NCBI RefSeq assembly: GCF_009914755.1
Contig: NC_060934.1
Origin: the human T2T-CHM13v2.0 reference genome, Homo sapiens
DNA length: 64,000 bases
Strand: one strand, 5' to 3'
Shown: positions 1 through 39,689 of the stretch, one piece after another
Position numbering within the stretch: position 1 is the stretch's first letter
How the letters are laid out: every line of letters starts with the position of its first letter
Translations under genes and position numbers: made by a program
The notes under the pieces: generated by a model
Databases searched by the model: none
What the model was told of the DNA's origin: nothing
What the model saw: the letters and a program-made list of their open reading frames with translations, nothing else

Positions 1-327
1 AAGAAAAACCTTGTGGCAGTTAGACCATAGTTAAAGTTTAAGGTGCTTGACCTAACACTTGCCTGGCATGGCCTTAGGTATTGTTTATAATTTGGTATCT
101 CATTGCCACAAAAAGTCTGTTCTGCCAGTCTTATGATCTCTATTTTAATGTTAATGCTGGTCAGTTCTTGTGTCTAAACCACAAACATGAGAGGGTATAA
201 TGAGACATGTCTGACCTCCCATCTCGTCATGGCCAGGAACTCAGTTGTAAGGTTTTTCTGGGGTCCCCTTGGCTAAGGGGAGCGTCCTTCAGTTGGTGGG
301 GGCTTAGGATTTTATTTTTAGTTTACA
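1..327 (-). mobile_element. MER4-family ERV1 LTR (partial)
   Basis: Reverse complement starts TGTAAACTAAAAATAAAATCCTAAGCCCCCACCAACTGAA, as in MER4 LTRs. Confidence 0.7.
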
Positions 328-1381
328 ATTTCTGCAAAGGGAAAGGCTACTGATAAACCTTAAACATCCTGCACTTGTGTTTCAAAGCAATAAATCAGAC
401 CTCTTAAGTACTAATGGAATTGTATACAATTTGTATGGTGACCACTTTCCCTTCCATCCTGAAAGCCCTGTGAGAACAGAGGTCTTGGCTTTTTTATTCC
501 TTAACAGTTTTCTTACCCCCAAATTAGCACATAACAGCAGCTAGACAGATGAGAATCTCTCTCTTTGTTCCCCAGTTTCTACCTTGAACAATTCTCCCTG
601 CCAACATGCAGAGTCACCCTGTAGCCTTATAGTTTCCCCAGCATCTAATATATGTTCTTCCAGTAACTGGAGACTGAGATGCTTCAGGGCCAGACAGCTG
701 TGTTCTTAGCCGAGTGACAAGCAAGGCTTTGCTGGGCTTTTTACCTATTCACCTTAGAGTCCAAGCTGACCAACTCAAAACTATACACATGGGGCCAGAA
801 AATCATCACCCTCTGAAGGTCAGCTATATGATCTTACAAGAGCTCATTAGAGATGAAAAACTGCTTTGTGAATTCCAAAGCATATCTCTAGCTCAAGATT
901 GCCTCTCTTCATATTGTCTCCTTTTTTCCAGTGGCTCCAGTAGGCAAAAAACATAGAAAAATTGTTAATTTTGGAGACTTGTTCTGTTTCTAGTATTGAG
1001 AATTTAAATTCCAAGCTGTCCACTAGCTGCAAAAAGCAAGGAAGTTGTCACACTCAATTTCCTCTGCAGCTTTTCCTGATCAGTGTGTTCCGTCTAGAAT
1101 TTATGAAATTGAAAGCATTTAACATTTTATATCAATTTTATCATATTAATACATCTAGATGTAATAGCCACAAAACACAAAGCCATTAAACATTTTTTTT
1201 AATATTGCAAATTAAACCCATAGCAGTAAATCCAGCATTTGCAGTTAGGTTAGCATTACTGCTGTGGGAACTATTCAGGTTGGAAAGCAGATGAGGGAGG
1301 GTACAGGGGTGGCAAAGAAGGAGGCAGCTCTTGCAACAGGGCAGCAGCTGGGCTGAAGAAGAGGCTGGATGGAGTCTTGGA

Positions 1382-1430
1382 ACCCTCCCCACCCTCCCCA
1401 CCCTCCCCACCCTCCCACCCTTCCACCCCA
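1382..1430. repeat. (ACCCTCCCC)n short tandem repeat
   Basis: About four 9-bp units; G-run rich on the minus strand. Confidence 0.8.
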
Positions 1431-1570
1431 GCTTTGCTCCAGCCCTGAGAACTTTTAACAGTTTGGGGCCACCCAACACTCACCTTTATAATTTGTCAAT
1501 GTTGTTTTTCTTACCTCCCACCTGGAGAAGAGAACAAAAAACAAAGGCATCACTAGCAAATTCCACTTCT

Positions 1571-1875
1571 GGGCCAGGTTCAATGAGTCATACCTGTAAT
1601 CTCAGCACTTTGAGAGGCTGAGGGAGGAGGATCACTTGAGGCCAGGAGCTCAAGATAAACCTGGGCAACATAGCAAGACCCCATCTTTACAGAAAAAATA
1701 AAAGAGCCCGGAATGGTGGCACGTGCTTGTAGTCCCAGCTATTCGGCAGGATACATACCTGTAATCCCAGCTGAGGCAGGAGGATCACTTGTGCCCTGGA
1801 GTTCAAGGCTGCAGTGAACTATGATTGTGCCACTGCACTCCAGCCTGGGTGACAGAGTGAGAAGTAAAAAAAAAT
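1571..1875 (+). mobile_element. Alu (J-like)
   Basis: Alu consensus with A tail. Confidence 0.85.
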
Positions 1876-2370
1876 TTGCTTCTGATGCCAGCTGTATTGG
1901 GGTTTCCCAAGAACACTTCTGGGTTAAACAAATTGCTAGGAGGACTGACAGGACTCACAGTATGGCTATGACTTATTACAGCAAGGTCAGCAAAGGGGAG
2001 AGGTCACAGGGCCATGTCCAGAGGAAACCTGGTACCAGCTTCCAAGCATCCCCTCCTAGTGTAGTCACATAGGATATGCTGAATTCCTCCAGCAACATGT
2101 TGTGACAACATATGCAAAATGTTGCCACAGAAGCTCCTTAGAAACTCAGTGCCTGGGCTTTTAATTAGGGGCTGGTCATGTAGACACTGTCTATTGTGCA
2201 CAAATCAAAATTCCAGATTCCCAGAAAAAAACCAGGTGTTCCGCAGAAACCATATTGTTTATGTACAATGGAGCCATTTGATCAGTGAGGGTTGGGGGAA
2301 CCCTTCTGAAATCCAGGTTCCCAAACCTTCCCAAAATTCACATTCCCAGATACCAGCCAAGGATAGGATA
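1876..2370. mobile_element. MER21-like LTR
   Basis: Matches recalled MER21 segments (ggaggactcacaggactca, caaaattccagattcccag, aaccatattgttt). Confidence 0.6.
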
Positions 2371-2371
2371 G

Positions 2372-2716
<345 letters not shown>

Positions 2717-3116
2717 ACTTCAATTGATTATTAATTTGCAAGTTTGTAATGCTTTCAATGGTTCAACCCGTTTGATGTTAGTTCTGAGTTCAGACTTGTG
2801 AGTGACAGACACACAAAGGCAGCTACGAGACTATCAAATTCACTCAGCTTAATTTTTGTGGTGGTTGCTATTATCTATTTTTATTTGTGTATATTTGAAT
2901 GCCAAATACCAAAATTCAAGCATAAACTTTGTGATGGATTGTTTGAAAAGTGGAGATTTATTAAATGAGGAACGATTCCTTTTGAAACTTTTTGTGCAGT
3001 ATGCAAAAATGGAGAAAGACACCAGCACATAATAACAGCTAAACATGGAAGATATATGATTTCCTCAACTAATATATAAAATTGTAAACAGTTTTTTTTT
3101 ATTAAAAAGAATTCAA

Positions 3117-3470
<354 letters not shown>

Positions 3471-4170
3471 CTATATAACAGCAGCAGTCTTTCAGCTCAA
3501 ATGACAGTTTGAAAGTATTACTGAAAGTATTACTGCTAGAAGTATTTTCTGATTCCAAAGATGCAATCAAATTTTGAAGAGCCAAGAGGAAATCTACTAC
3601 AACAACAAAAGTAATAGCTTCACTATGATCACAGAGATGATCAATGATCTAAATGCCTCACCTATTTTCAGCAGAGCCATGGATACAAGTAATCACAAGG
3701 CAGAAGATATTTTCCCTTTGCTTCTGAACTGCTTTTGGTGGCAATGATACAAATACAAATTGTGGTTGATGTTTGCATAAGGGCACAGACATGCTTGGTC
3801 CAAGCTGAAGTAAAGATTCCAAGTTGTGGGCCGTCCTGCCCACATTCTGCATCATGATGTCAAAATAGCATCTGATGTTCTTTGCATTTTCATTGAAGTA
3901 ATTATCACAAAATTGTTCTCTTACTTCAGCATTTACACTATTAGAATTGAGTGATTAAAGGATTGTGTGATTTTTTTTTTGGCATTCGATATTCTTCATT
4001 TCCTTTGCAGTTAGAAACTCATTGGCTCCTGTAACTAACACAGTTGATAAAGTTGTTAGTTTACGTAAAGTCTTGAAATAATAATTTTAATTTTCAAGAA
4101 AAGACTCCAAAATTTTTGTTTACTTTAAAAATACTCCATTGAGTGAAGTTTACTTGTTTTTTATTCATAG

Positions 4171-6096
<1,926 letters not shown>

Positions 6097-6227
6097 CCTA
6101 AGAGTGGCATGTCCCTAGTTTTCAATCTCTTTAGGGATAGGATTATGCAAATTGAAAGAAGAGCAAACAATGTTACTGAAATAATCCATGGCATAATGGA
6201 ACCTGAATGCATTAAAGAAATAATGGA

Positions 6228-6563
<336 letters not shown>

Positions 6564-6581
6564 TTAAAATGCAAAAGCATT

Positions 6582-6886
<305 letters not shown>

Positions 6887-7106
6887 CATTATGAGCAGGA
6901 AAATAAATTGTGTCTCGAAGTGATAATCATTGTTGTACTTACCATGACTGTCTTCTGAAATGCATCTCAACCCTTGAATAATTTGATTCTTTTACATGGA
7001 TGGTACTAAATGCTTTTCCAGCATGGGAACAAGTGGGATTATCATCAGTGGTGGTAAAGAAGGGAATAGAAATGGAGAAAAATGCTTCTTTTTTGGTCAG
7101 TGGACA

Positions 7107-7705
<599 letters not shown>

Positions 7706-8203
7706 CCTCTGCCTGTGAACTTTAAAAAGTTATCGTGATCAAGAGATCCTGCATACTCCTGAAGAATGGAAAATGCATGTTTGCCATGCAAGATGGTATT
7801 ACGTGGTTTAACAAATAAAATTTGAAGAGCAATTCCGAGTTATCTTTACGACAGCTTACAGGCTGGTAATGCTCATGTCCAGCGTGTTTTCTCACGGTTA
7901 GCGTCCAATGGACCAGAAAGGAGCAAGTGAAGCTCTCCACACTGGCGCAAGTGTAGGTGGTGCTGCGGCAGCGTCGCGGGGCCACAGGAACCGACCTCGT
8001 CTGGAGAAATTCCACTCGTGAATTCTGCCAAATGAGGAAGTGTTGAGGACGGCCAAATCATCAGGGGGATGTAATTCATGAGAAAGCTGTGTAATTTAAA
8101 TACTCATAATTTATTTCAGCTAACGAATAAAACTGCAGTACTGCACTTGCCGCATCTGGGAACTAACTGCCCAATGCGGCTGAAACCTCATGCCCTTTCA
8201 AAA

Positions 8204-8340
8204 GGAGTGGCGCGAGGGCTTGTGGGAAATGTAGTCTGCACTTTCTAAGGGAGCGGCGCGAGGGCTTGTGGGAAATGAAGCGTGCACTTTCTAAGGGAGC
8301 GGCGCGAGGACTTGTGGGAGATGTAGTGTGCACTTTTCGG
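8204..8340. promoter_or_regulatory. Three tandem 46-bp units, each with a ZNF143/SBS-type motif (TGGGAAATGTAGT = ACTACATTTCCCA)
   Basis: Units start at 8204, 8250 and 8296. Motif variants are tgggaaatgtagt, tgggaaatgaagc and tgggagatgtagt. Confidence 0.8.
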
Positions 8341-8471
8341 CCCCCGTCGCGGGAGCCGCTTCGGGCCTTCTGGGCATGTCTGCCATATGGCTCCAGGTTT
8401 GTTTTTCTCCCCGGCACTCTGACGGGGAGGGCTCCCGGCATCTCCTGGCGTCCGGGTAGAGGACGCGGAGG
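8320..8471 (+). other. ZNF37A: ZNF37A non-coding exon 1 (TSS approximate)
   Basis: Strong donor gtgagt at 8472 just downstream of the ZNF143 motifs; the 5' boundary is inferred. Confidence 0.6.
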
Positions 8472-9724
8472 GTGAGTAAGGGAGGGCAGGGGCGAGGGTG
8501 GACTGGGGGTTCCGCGCGGCCTGGGGGTGGGAGAGAGGGAACGCCTTTGCCGCCTGGCCTGGGTCCGAATCCTGCCTTGGTTCTTGTGCTCCCAAAGGGA
8601 ATGCGCAAGTCCCGCGCCTGTGACAAGTGAGGTTGGATTTTCTCTTCCCTGAGGTGAAGGATGCCCGGAGGCCTCCGCAGGACGGCGCAGAAACGGGCCT
8701 TCTGCCCAATAGATGCGCGCTTCTCTCATTCTTTCCCCTCAGAATCTCGCTGTCCTCACAACCACCTGTGGTCGGCGTCGCCGCGGTGTCACTGCGATGC
8801 CGAGGCGAATGGGGTGGGGGGAAGCGCCCGCGGGGCGGGGAGGGACCCTGCAGGCGCGGACTCCACACCCAGCCTCTGGCCAGCGTCACTCGGCTTGCTG
8901 TGTCCTCGCAGGTCGCAGCTTCATTGCCTGATGTCTTCGGGAAGTATTTTGAAGTCATCGTGGCTGTGGATTGGGGAATTTCTTGTTTCCACTGACCTGT
9001 GAGGCCGCGCACGCGGAGGGAGGCACCCCAGGCCCTCCGGCACTGTCCAGCCTCGCCTGTGTCCCCATTAGCACCAGTGGGCATTTTCAGAGGGTCCAGC
9101 TCATGGCTCAAGTGACAGGAAGATGTAGGAGCTTTCTGTCTTGAATGAGGATTCGAACCAAAGGGCTTAGGCCCAGCTGTCTTGGAGCAAAGCAGCTGTT
9201 GTGGGGTAAGAAGGGAAGGGTGGGGGGCGAGGGCCCAGGGGCCCTCCTAGGAGGACACCCAACCCGTTGGGCTGACACCTCACTAGAGATCTAGAGCACG
9301 GGTGGGAGGAGCAGAGGCTCGATTTGTGTCCTTTCCAGACCCCCACAGGCTGGGAGCTTTGTGCCCATTCAGATGTGGGGGCAGAAGAGGGCAAGGCCGA
9401 AGGAGCAGACAGCACCGCTTCTTGGGGAGTTGTGAAGGCATCATGCGGAGGGAAGAGCTTAGCAGCCAAGTGGAGGACAGCACCCTCCATGCCTGGATTC
9501 GTTACTCGCTCGTTCTAGATGCTGAGCTGCTGGCGCACTGCAGCACAACTAGAGATGTACGGATGCCCCCATCTTGATCTTACAGAATCAGAGGTACAGC
9601 CGCGAGAAAGGTCTGTAAGTTATCTATTTACGCTTTATTTAAAAGATGGGATGGGGTGGGGTGGACAGGAAACGAGCTTAACGTGTTAAGTTACTGATGA
9701 CATTGACACATTTTGTTGTGGCAG

Positions 9725-9785
9725 AGTCAAGAACAGACAGAGTCGCTTGAGGACTCAGGAGGGTGTTTGCTGCGTTGACAACAGA
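9725..9785 (+). other. ZNF37A: ZNF37A candidate non-coding 5' UTR exon
   Basis: ttttgttgtggcag|AGTC...AACAGA|gtaagt. Confidence 0.65.
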
Positions 9786-9885
9786 GTAAGTAAAAATCAG
9801 TTTGCTTTTTTAAATCCAAAGATTGTTTTGAGAACCTCAAATCAAGTTAGAGCAAGTTCGTTTTCCTTCCAAAAAAACTGGGCTG

Positions 9886-10172
9886 GGCTGGGCACGGTGG
9901 TTCACGCCAGTAATCCCAGCACTTTGGGAGGCTGAGGGGGGTGGATCAAGAGGTCAGGAGTTCGAGACCAGCCTGGCCAACATGGTGAAACCCCGTCTCT
10001 ACTAAAAATGCAAAAAATTAGCCGGGTGTGGTGGTGCGCACCTGTAGTCCCAGCGACTTGGGAGGCTGAGGCAGGAGGTTGCGGTGAGTCGAGATCATGC
10101 CATCGCACTCCAGCCTGGGCAACAAACAGGGCAGGACTCTGTCTCAAAAAAGCAAACAAACAAACAAAAAAA
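9886..10172 (+). mobile_element. Alu
   Basis: TSD aaaaaactgggctg. Confidence 0.9.
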
Positions 10173-10554
10173 ACTGGGCTGAAAAATACCACATCGCTTT
10201 TTTCAAAACCTTGTTGGGATTCTCTGGTTTGTAATAAAGATTAAAACCTGAGTATTTTTGTTTAGCATCAGTTTTAATGAAAGTATTATGTTCCACTCTT
10301 TGGCTTTTCCTAACTTGCTTAATTAGTTTAATATATCGGTTTGCATACTCTGTTAGAGTACAGCATAAATTGTTTTTAAGTCAGTAGAAAACAAACGTTT
10401 TTACATTTGAAAACTAATGAGTCCAAGCAGTACATAATCATGCCAGAGTCATGCATGGGCGTGTGAGTATCTCCCTTTCAGAGATGTTTTGCCGGCTGCG
10501 AAGTGGACCTTTTAAGGCAAGTGACATCACTCATGATCTTTTCTTATTTCTCAG

Positions 10555-10598
10555 CTACACCCTCACAGTTTGCTCTGCTCTTCCAACACCAGTGGAAG

Positions 10599-10613
<15 letters not shown>
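10555..10613 (+). CDS. ZNF37A: ZNF37A start-codon exon (ATG at 10599, MITSQ)
   Basis: ttttcttatttctcag|ctac...gaagATGATCACATCCCAG|gtaagt; typical short first coding exon of KRAB genes. Confidence 0.9.
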
Positions 10614-33362
<22,749 letters not shown>

Positions 33363-34113
33363 TAGGAAAGCATTTACTATGAGGTTATATTTTATGGAGT
33401 ATATGTAATAAGAAGTAGCTTCTCAGTGAACATCAGATAGTAGAGAAAGTATTTTTAACTGTATCCAATGTGTGGATGTTTTAAGTTAAAATCTAAATTT
33501 AATATAGAACAGAGGTGTTGAGTTGCAGGATATCTAGCAATTTAAGAAAATGTGGAAAAAATATTTTTATTGAGAAATAGCATTTTACTTTGTTAATATC
33601 TAGTTTAGTTCATTGTCAAGACTGCTATTTTCTAAGAGACTTCTAAAGACGCCACTCAAGCCAATGGCTATAAGTAGTTCAAAGGTTTATTGCTTAGCCA
33701 TATGAAAAATAAGGGAAGATTTTTTAGCAAGGGGACCCACAAACAAGAGTGCTCTTGTATGTCCAGAAGAAAGAGAAAGACCATCAATCAGGGGCCATAG
33801 TACAGGAGCCCACCAGCAGGATTTTTGAATAATCCTAGGGCAGACTAAATTCAGACGACCCATCTCAGAATGGTGGATCAAAGCAGCAAGTCAATTTGCC
33901 TTGTATGCAACTTATGAGGATTAGTAGAAGAGAGTGGGTCCAGATTTCTGGTGGTTTCTGCCCTGCAGATGTCTAACACATAAGCCAGGACATTCTGCTG
34001 TGAGTGACTTATTGTACCCAACTCTATTTCTCTCCATACTGAAACATGTCTTTCATAGGTGATACAACTTTTTAAAATGTATGTGTAGATATAACTTAAA
34101 TATGGAGCTTTCA

Positions 34114-34420
<307 letters not shown>

Positions 34421-35934
34421 AAAAATATACTTTGCTATTGGGTAAGGTATAGTAGTTGGCAGCAGAATGGACCCATTGAGGATAACTATAAAATTACAGA
34501 AAATATTTAAATGCAACTTATTGCTATAGAAGCAAAGAGGACTAAAGGGCAAAATTCTAGAGAGTGGTAAATCTCAGAAAGCACAAGCATAAAATGCAGC
34601 TCTGGGGGCCCTTTCCACTTCTGGCTATAGGGAAGAACCTGAATACTGAACTTGATTCAGGCAGAGGACCATAACCTGGGGGTCAGGGGAAGGCATGGGG
34701 GGGACCAGAAACCAGAAGAACAATCAAGACTGCAATGAAAAAAATGGATACATTAGGAGCTTCAAACACATATAATTTCTCAAGAAATTTCCAGATGTCT
34801 CATGCTGCATAGGGCAGGAGCCTGAAAAGCTAATTTGAGAAGATAATAAGTAGGATTTTTGTTTTGTTTTGCATTTTGCAGTACAAAGGAGAAATGATTA
34901 GAACTTAGGAAGTGCCAGTGGGTTGGTGAACATGCCATCAGTAAAAGCCCTGGAAACAAGGTCATACTAGAGATTGGTTGTGCCTTGTCACAACTGCAAA
35001 CAATACCTGAGTGGAGTATTCAAAAACTTGCTTAGAAAGAAAACTCTAGGAACAGATGGCTTCACTGAAGTTATTCCAAATATTTAAGAAATAATACCAG
35101 GCTTTTATAAACTTTTCTAGAAGAAAAAAGATGGAACTTTTCCAATTCAGTTTTTGAGGCCAGTACAACCTTGATAACAAAACCTAAAAAAAAAACAACA
35201 AAAAAACCCATAAAGCTATAGACCAAAGTCTCATAGATTTAGATGCAAAATCCTAAAATTGAAAAAAACATCTAGCCATATCCATAAACTATATCATCAC
35301 CAAGAGATGTTTATTAGGGCAATCAAAAGATTTATTATTTTAAAAAAATCAGTGTGGACTTCCATTCCTCTTTCTTTTGATTCCCCCCTTTGACTTTTCA
35401 TGTATCTCTCCTGCCTTCCTTCCCCAGAGTGGAGGAGTTAGACTTGCCTCGTGGGATGAGAGGAGTTGTGGCTTTGTGTCTGCTGGCACCAAGAGGGCTG
35501 AGGGTGAGGTGTGGAAGGGACAGGGGGAGGAGATGGGCAGCATTGTTGAGAGATTGGTAACACTGAGCAAATAAATATGTTGAGAATGATGACAGCAAGA
35601 TTTCTCCATTAGAGAAGGTATTTATAAAAATAGGAATGAGGAGAGCTAGAAAACCTGGAGTGTGGCATTAGAATAGAACTCATATCTTTTAAATATATAG
35701 GAACAAATAAATAAATTGTTGTGTGTGCACATATGCATATATTTTGTGTTCATTCTACTGAGAGGACCTAAACACAATGACACCTCAGTAACAGTAAGCA
35801 CACCAACTGCCAAGTTATTAGTTCCTAAATACTATCCACAAAAAAGGGGAACAGGGATGATTCCTAGTCAGAGATTGGGAGAAATACAAGATGAGCCTGA
35901 ATCATCTCATGTACCTGACAGTAAGAAAATACTC

Positions 35935-36238
35935 TGGCTGGTCTCAGTGGCTCATGTCTGTAATTCTAGCATGTTAGAAGGTCAAGGTGGGTGGGTTGCT
36001 TGAGCTCAGGAGTTTGAGACCAGCCTGGGCAACATGGCACAATTGTCTCTACAAAAAATACAAAAATTAGCCAGGCATGGTGGCATGCACCTGTAGTCCG
36101 AGGTACTCAGGAGGCAGAGACGTGGGAGGATCGCTTGAGCCTGGGAGATTGAGGCTGCACTGAGCTGTGATCGTGCCACTGTACTCTAGCCTGGAAGACA
36201 GAGTGAGACCCCATCTCAGGAAAAAAGAAAAAAAAAAA
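35935..36238 (+). mobile_element. Alu (J-like)
   Basis: Alu consensus. Confidence 0.88.
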
Positions 36239-36284
36239 GATGTCATTCAGCAGGTTAATGGATAAACTGTGGAACATCCAGAAA

Positions 36285-38585
36285 ACTTTAACATTCTTCA
36301 AAGAAATAGAAAACACAATCCTAAAATTTATATGGGAACCACAAAAGACTTAGAATAGTCAGCTATCCTGAGCAAAAGGAATCAAACTGGAGGAATCATA
36401 TTACCTGACTTCCAATTATTCAACAGAGCTACAGTAACCAAAACAGCATGATACTGGCATAACAACAGACACATAGGAACAGTATAGACAACCCAGAAAC
36501 AAATTCATACATCTATGGTGACCACTTTTGACAAAGGAATGAAGAACATACACTGGGGAAAAGATAATGTCTTTAATAAATGGTGCTGGGAAAACTGGAT
36601 ATCCATATGCAGAAGAATGAAACTAGACCCCCATCTCTTAGCATATACAAAAATCAAAATTAATTAAAAAGTTAAATCTAAGACCTCAAACTATGAAACA
36701 GCTAAAAGAAAACATCGGGGAATCTCTCCAGGACATTGGAGTGGGCAAAGATTTCTTGTGTAATACCTGACAAACAGGCAACCAAAGCAAAAGTGGACAA
36801 ATGGGATCACATCAAGTTAAAAATCTTCTGCATTGCAAAGGAAATAACAAAGTGAAGAGACAACCCATAGAATGTGAGATAATATTTGCAAACTATCCAT
36901 CTGTATTAGGCCATTTTTGAAGTACTACAAAGAAATACTTGAGACTGAGTAATTTATAAAGAAGAGGTTTAATTGGCTCACGGTTTTGCAGGCTGTACAG
37001 GAAGCATGGTGCTAACATCTGATCAGCTTGTAGGGAGGCATCAGGAAGTTTCCAACCATGGTGGAAGGCAAAAGGGGAATAAGTATCTCACATGGCAGGT
37101 GCAGGGCAAAGAGAGGGGGGAAGGGAAGTGCCACACAACCAGATCTTGTGAGTACTCAGATTTTGTGAGGGGTGCTTGAGGTCATGGATACCCATTTACC
37201 CTGATGTGTTTATACACATTTCATACCTGTATTAAAATATCTCATGTACCCCATAAACATATACACCTACTTTGTACCCACAAAAATTTAAAAATAAAGT
37301 TAATTTCAATGTTTAAAGACTTGTTATTAAAATAATAGCAGTTTCTATAAATTTAATATTTCAATAAAACTCCCAGTATTTATTGTTAACACTGGAAAAA
37401 GTTTTCCAAAACGTATATGGCAGAAATATGGGCCTTGATGTGAGGACAGCATCAATTAATGAGGGATCCTCTCCCTTGATCAAAACACCTTCCACCAAGA
37501 CCCACCTTTAACGCTGAGCATTACCTCTCAAAGTGAGATTTGGGCAGGGACTAATATCCAAACTGTATCAACATCTGACAAGGTGTTCACAACCAGAATA
37601 TATAAGGAGCTATAACAATTCTATAGAAAAAAAAATCTGATTTAAAACTGGGCAAAAATCTGAATAGACGTTTCTCAAAAGAAGACATACAAATGGCAAA
37701 CAGGCATATGAAAAGGTACTCAACATCATTGATCCATTAGAGAAATGCAAATCAAAACTACAATAAGATATCATCTCACCCCAGTTAAAATGTCTTCTCT
37801 CCAAAAGACAGATAATAACAAATGCTGAAGAGGATGTGGAGAAAAGGGAAACCTCGTGCACTGTGGAAATGTTATTAGTACAACCACTATGGACAACAAT
37901 TTGGAGGTACCTCAAAAACTAAAAATAGAGCTATCATACAATCCCACAATTCCACTGGTAGTTATATACCCCAAAGACAGGAAATCAGTATATTGAAGAT
38001 ATATCTGCACCGTGTTTACTGTAGCACTACTCACAATAGCCAAGATTTGGAAGCAACCTAAGTGTCTAACAGCAGATGAATGGATAAATAAAATATGGTA
38101 CATAAACACAATGGAGTACTATTCAGCCATAAAAAAGAATGAGATCCTGTCATTTGCAACATTGTAGATGGAACTAGAGATCATTAAGTGAAATAAGCCA
38201 GGCACAGCAAGACAGACATCATGTTCTGACGTATTTGTTGGAGCTAAAGATGAAAACAACTGAACTTATAGAGGGTAGAAGGATGTTTACCAGAGGCGGG
38301 AAAGGCAGTGAGGGCATGGTGAGGGGGAAGTGGGGAATGTTAACGGGCACAAAATGTAGAATGACTAAGACCTAGTATTTGATAGCACAAGGTTACTACA
38401 GTCAATAATAATTGTGCATTTTAAAGGTATAATTGAATTGTAACACAAAGGATAAATGCTTGAGGTTATGGATACCCCATTTACCCTGATGTGATTATTA
38501 GACATTGCATGCCTATATCAAAATATATCATGTACCCCATAGATATATACACCTAGTATGTACCCACAAAAATTAAAAATAAAGT
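36285..38585 (+). mobile_element. L1MA-like ORF2 3' part and 3' UTR
   Basis: L1 ORF2 motifs (aacagcatgatactggcat, aatggagtactattcagccataaaaaagaatgag) and an L1MA-type end; interrupted by an MST LTR. Confidence 0.8.
36902..37570. mobile_element. MST (MaLR) LTR split by a 268-bp insertion
   Basis: tgtattaggccatt...aatatccaaactgtatca termini; TSD ccatc/acatc. Confidence 0.75.
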
Positions 38586-39689
38586 AAAATTTCAATGATT
38601 AGGAAGACCATTGTTAATATCAGTTTCCTTTAAATGTTTCTATAAATTTAATACAATTTCAATAAAGCTCCCAATATTTATTCTTAGTACTGGAAAAAGT
38701 TTTCCAAAATGTGTATGGCAGAAATAGGGCCAAAATAGGCAAGAAAACTATTTTCGAGATGTCAGTTTTCCTCAAATTGTTCTATTAATTAAACGCCACC
38801 TGAATTAAAATTTGACAAGTGGATTATAAATTTATGTGGACATTCAAAACAATTATGGATACATGAGTCCAGAATCACAGCCATAAACCATGAGGTGCTT
38901 GGGAGATTTTCAGAAAATATGCCAATGAAATCCAAGGGGAAAGACATGTCTTCAAAAAGTGGTGTTACCTTTGACTCCCCAAAGCATATATAAAGCCTCT
39001 ACTCATCATAGATCTAAATATAAGAGCTCAAACTTAAAACTTGTAGAAGAAAACATGAGAAAATTTTTGTAGGTTTGAGTTAGATGATGATTTCTATATA
39101 GGACAATAAAAATATGGAACATACAAAAATAAATTTAATGCACTTAATTATAATACAAATGATTTACTCACTTTAAACTTTGATAAATTAGATTTTGTTA
39201 AATTCAAAAGCTTGTGTTCTTCAAAGCACACAGTTAAGGAAATGGAAAGGCGAGTAATGGACTAAAAAAAATACCTGTAAAACAGCTTTGGTTAAGAATA
39301 GAAGAAAAATCCTAATAAGAAAATTGGTGAAAGAATGGTGTGGAAAGTTCACTACAGAAAAAATATGAATGGCAAATAATCCTGATTTGGGGGAGAGTGT
39401 TCAATACCAATGCTAATTTTTTAAATGTCCTGTGTTTAATTTTTTGGAGTTTGTGATTTGCAACATGCCCCTACTGCATGGAGGGAGAGGAGATGGTAAA
39501 ATGAACAGAAGTAATAATTGTAAACATAAAATCTCAATGGGTCATAATTTTCCACAGAACAGAATAAAATGTGTAGCTGTCAATTTAAAACACCACTCAG
39601 TAGGAGCACAATACAATAATTCCACTATTCTTAATATGGGCCAAATTTCTGATCTTGAAACCAGCTCAATTTTCCTATACAATTGATGT

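Larger units (their letters stand above)
7900..9110. promoter_or_regulatory. CpG island / ZNF37A promoter
   Basis: High GC and CpG density against a CpG-depleted background; CCAAT at 8171; first-exon donor cggagg|gtgagt at 8471/8472. Confidence 0.85.

Noticed and set aside
8204-8340. Regularly spaced repeats resembling a CRISPR array
   Set aside because: Units are contiguous tandem copies with no unique spacers, and the context is eukaryotic.
8163-9111. Long ORFs (288 aa and 188 aa minus; several plus) over the promoter
   Set aside because: GC-rich CpG island with few stops; low-complexity Pro/Arg/Ala translations and no recognisable domain.
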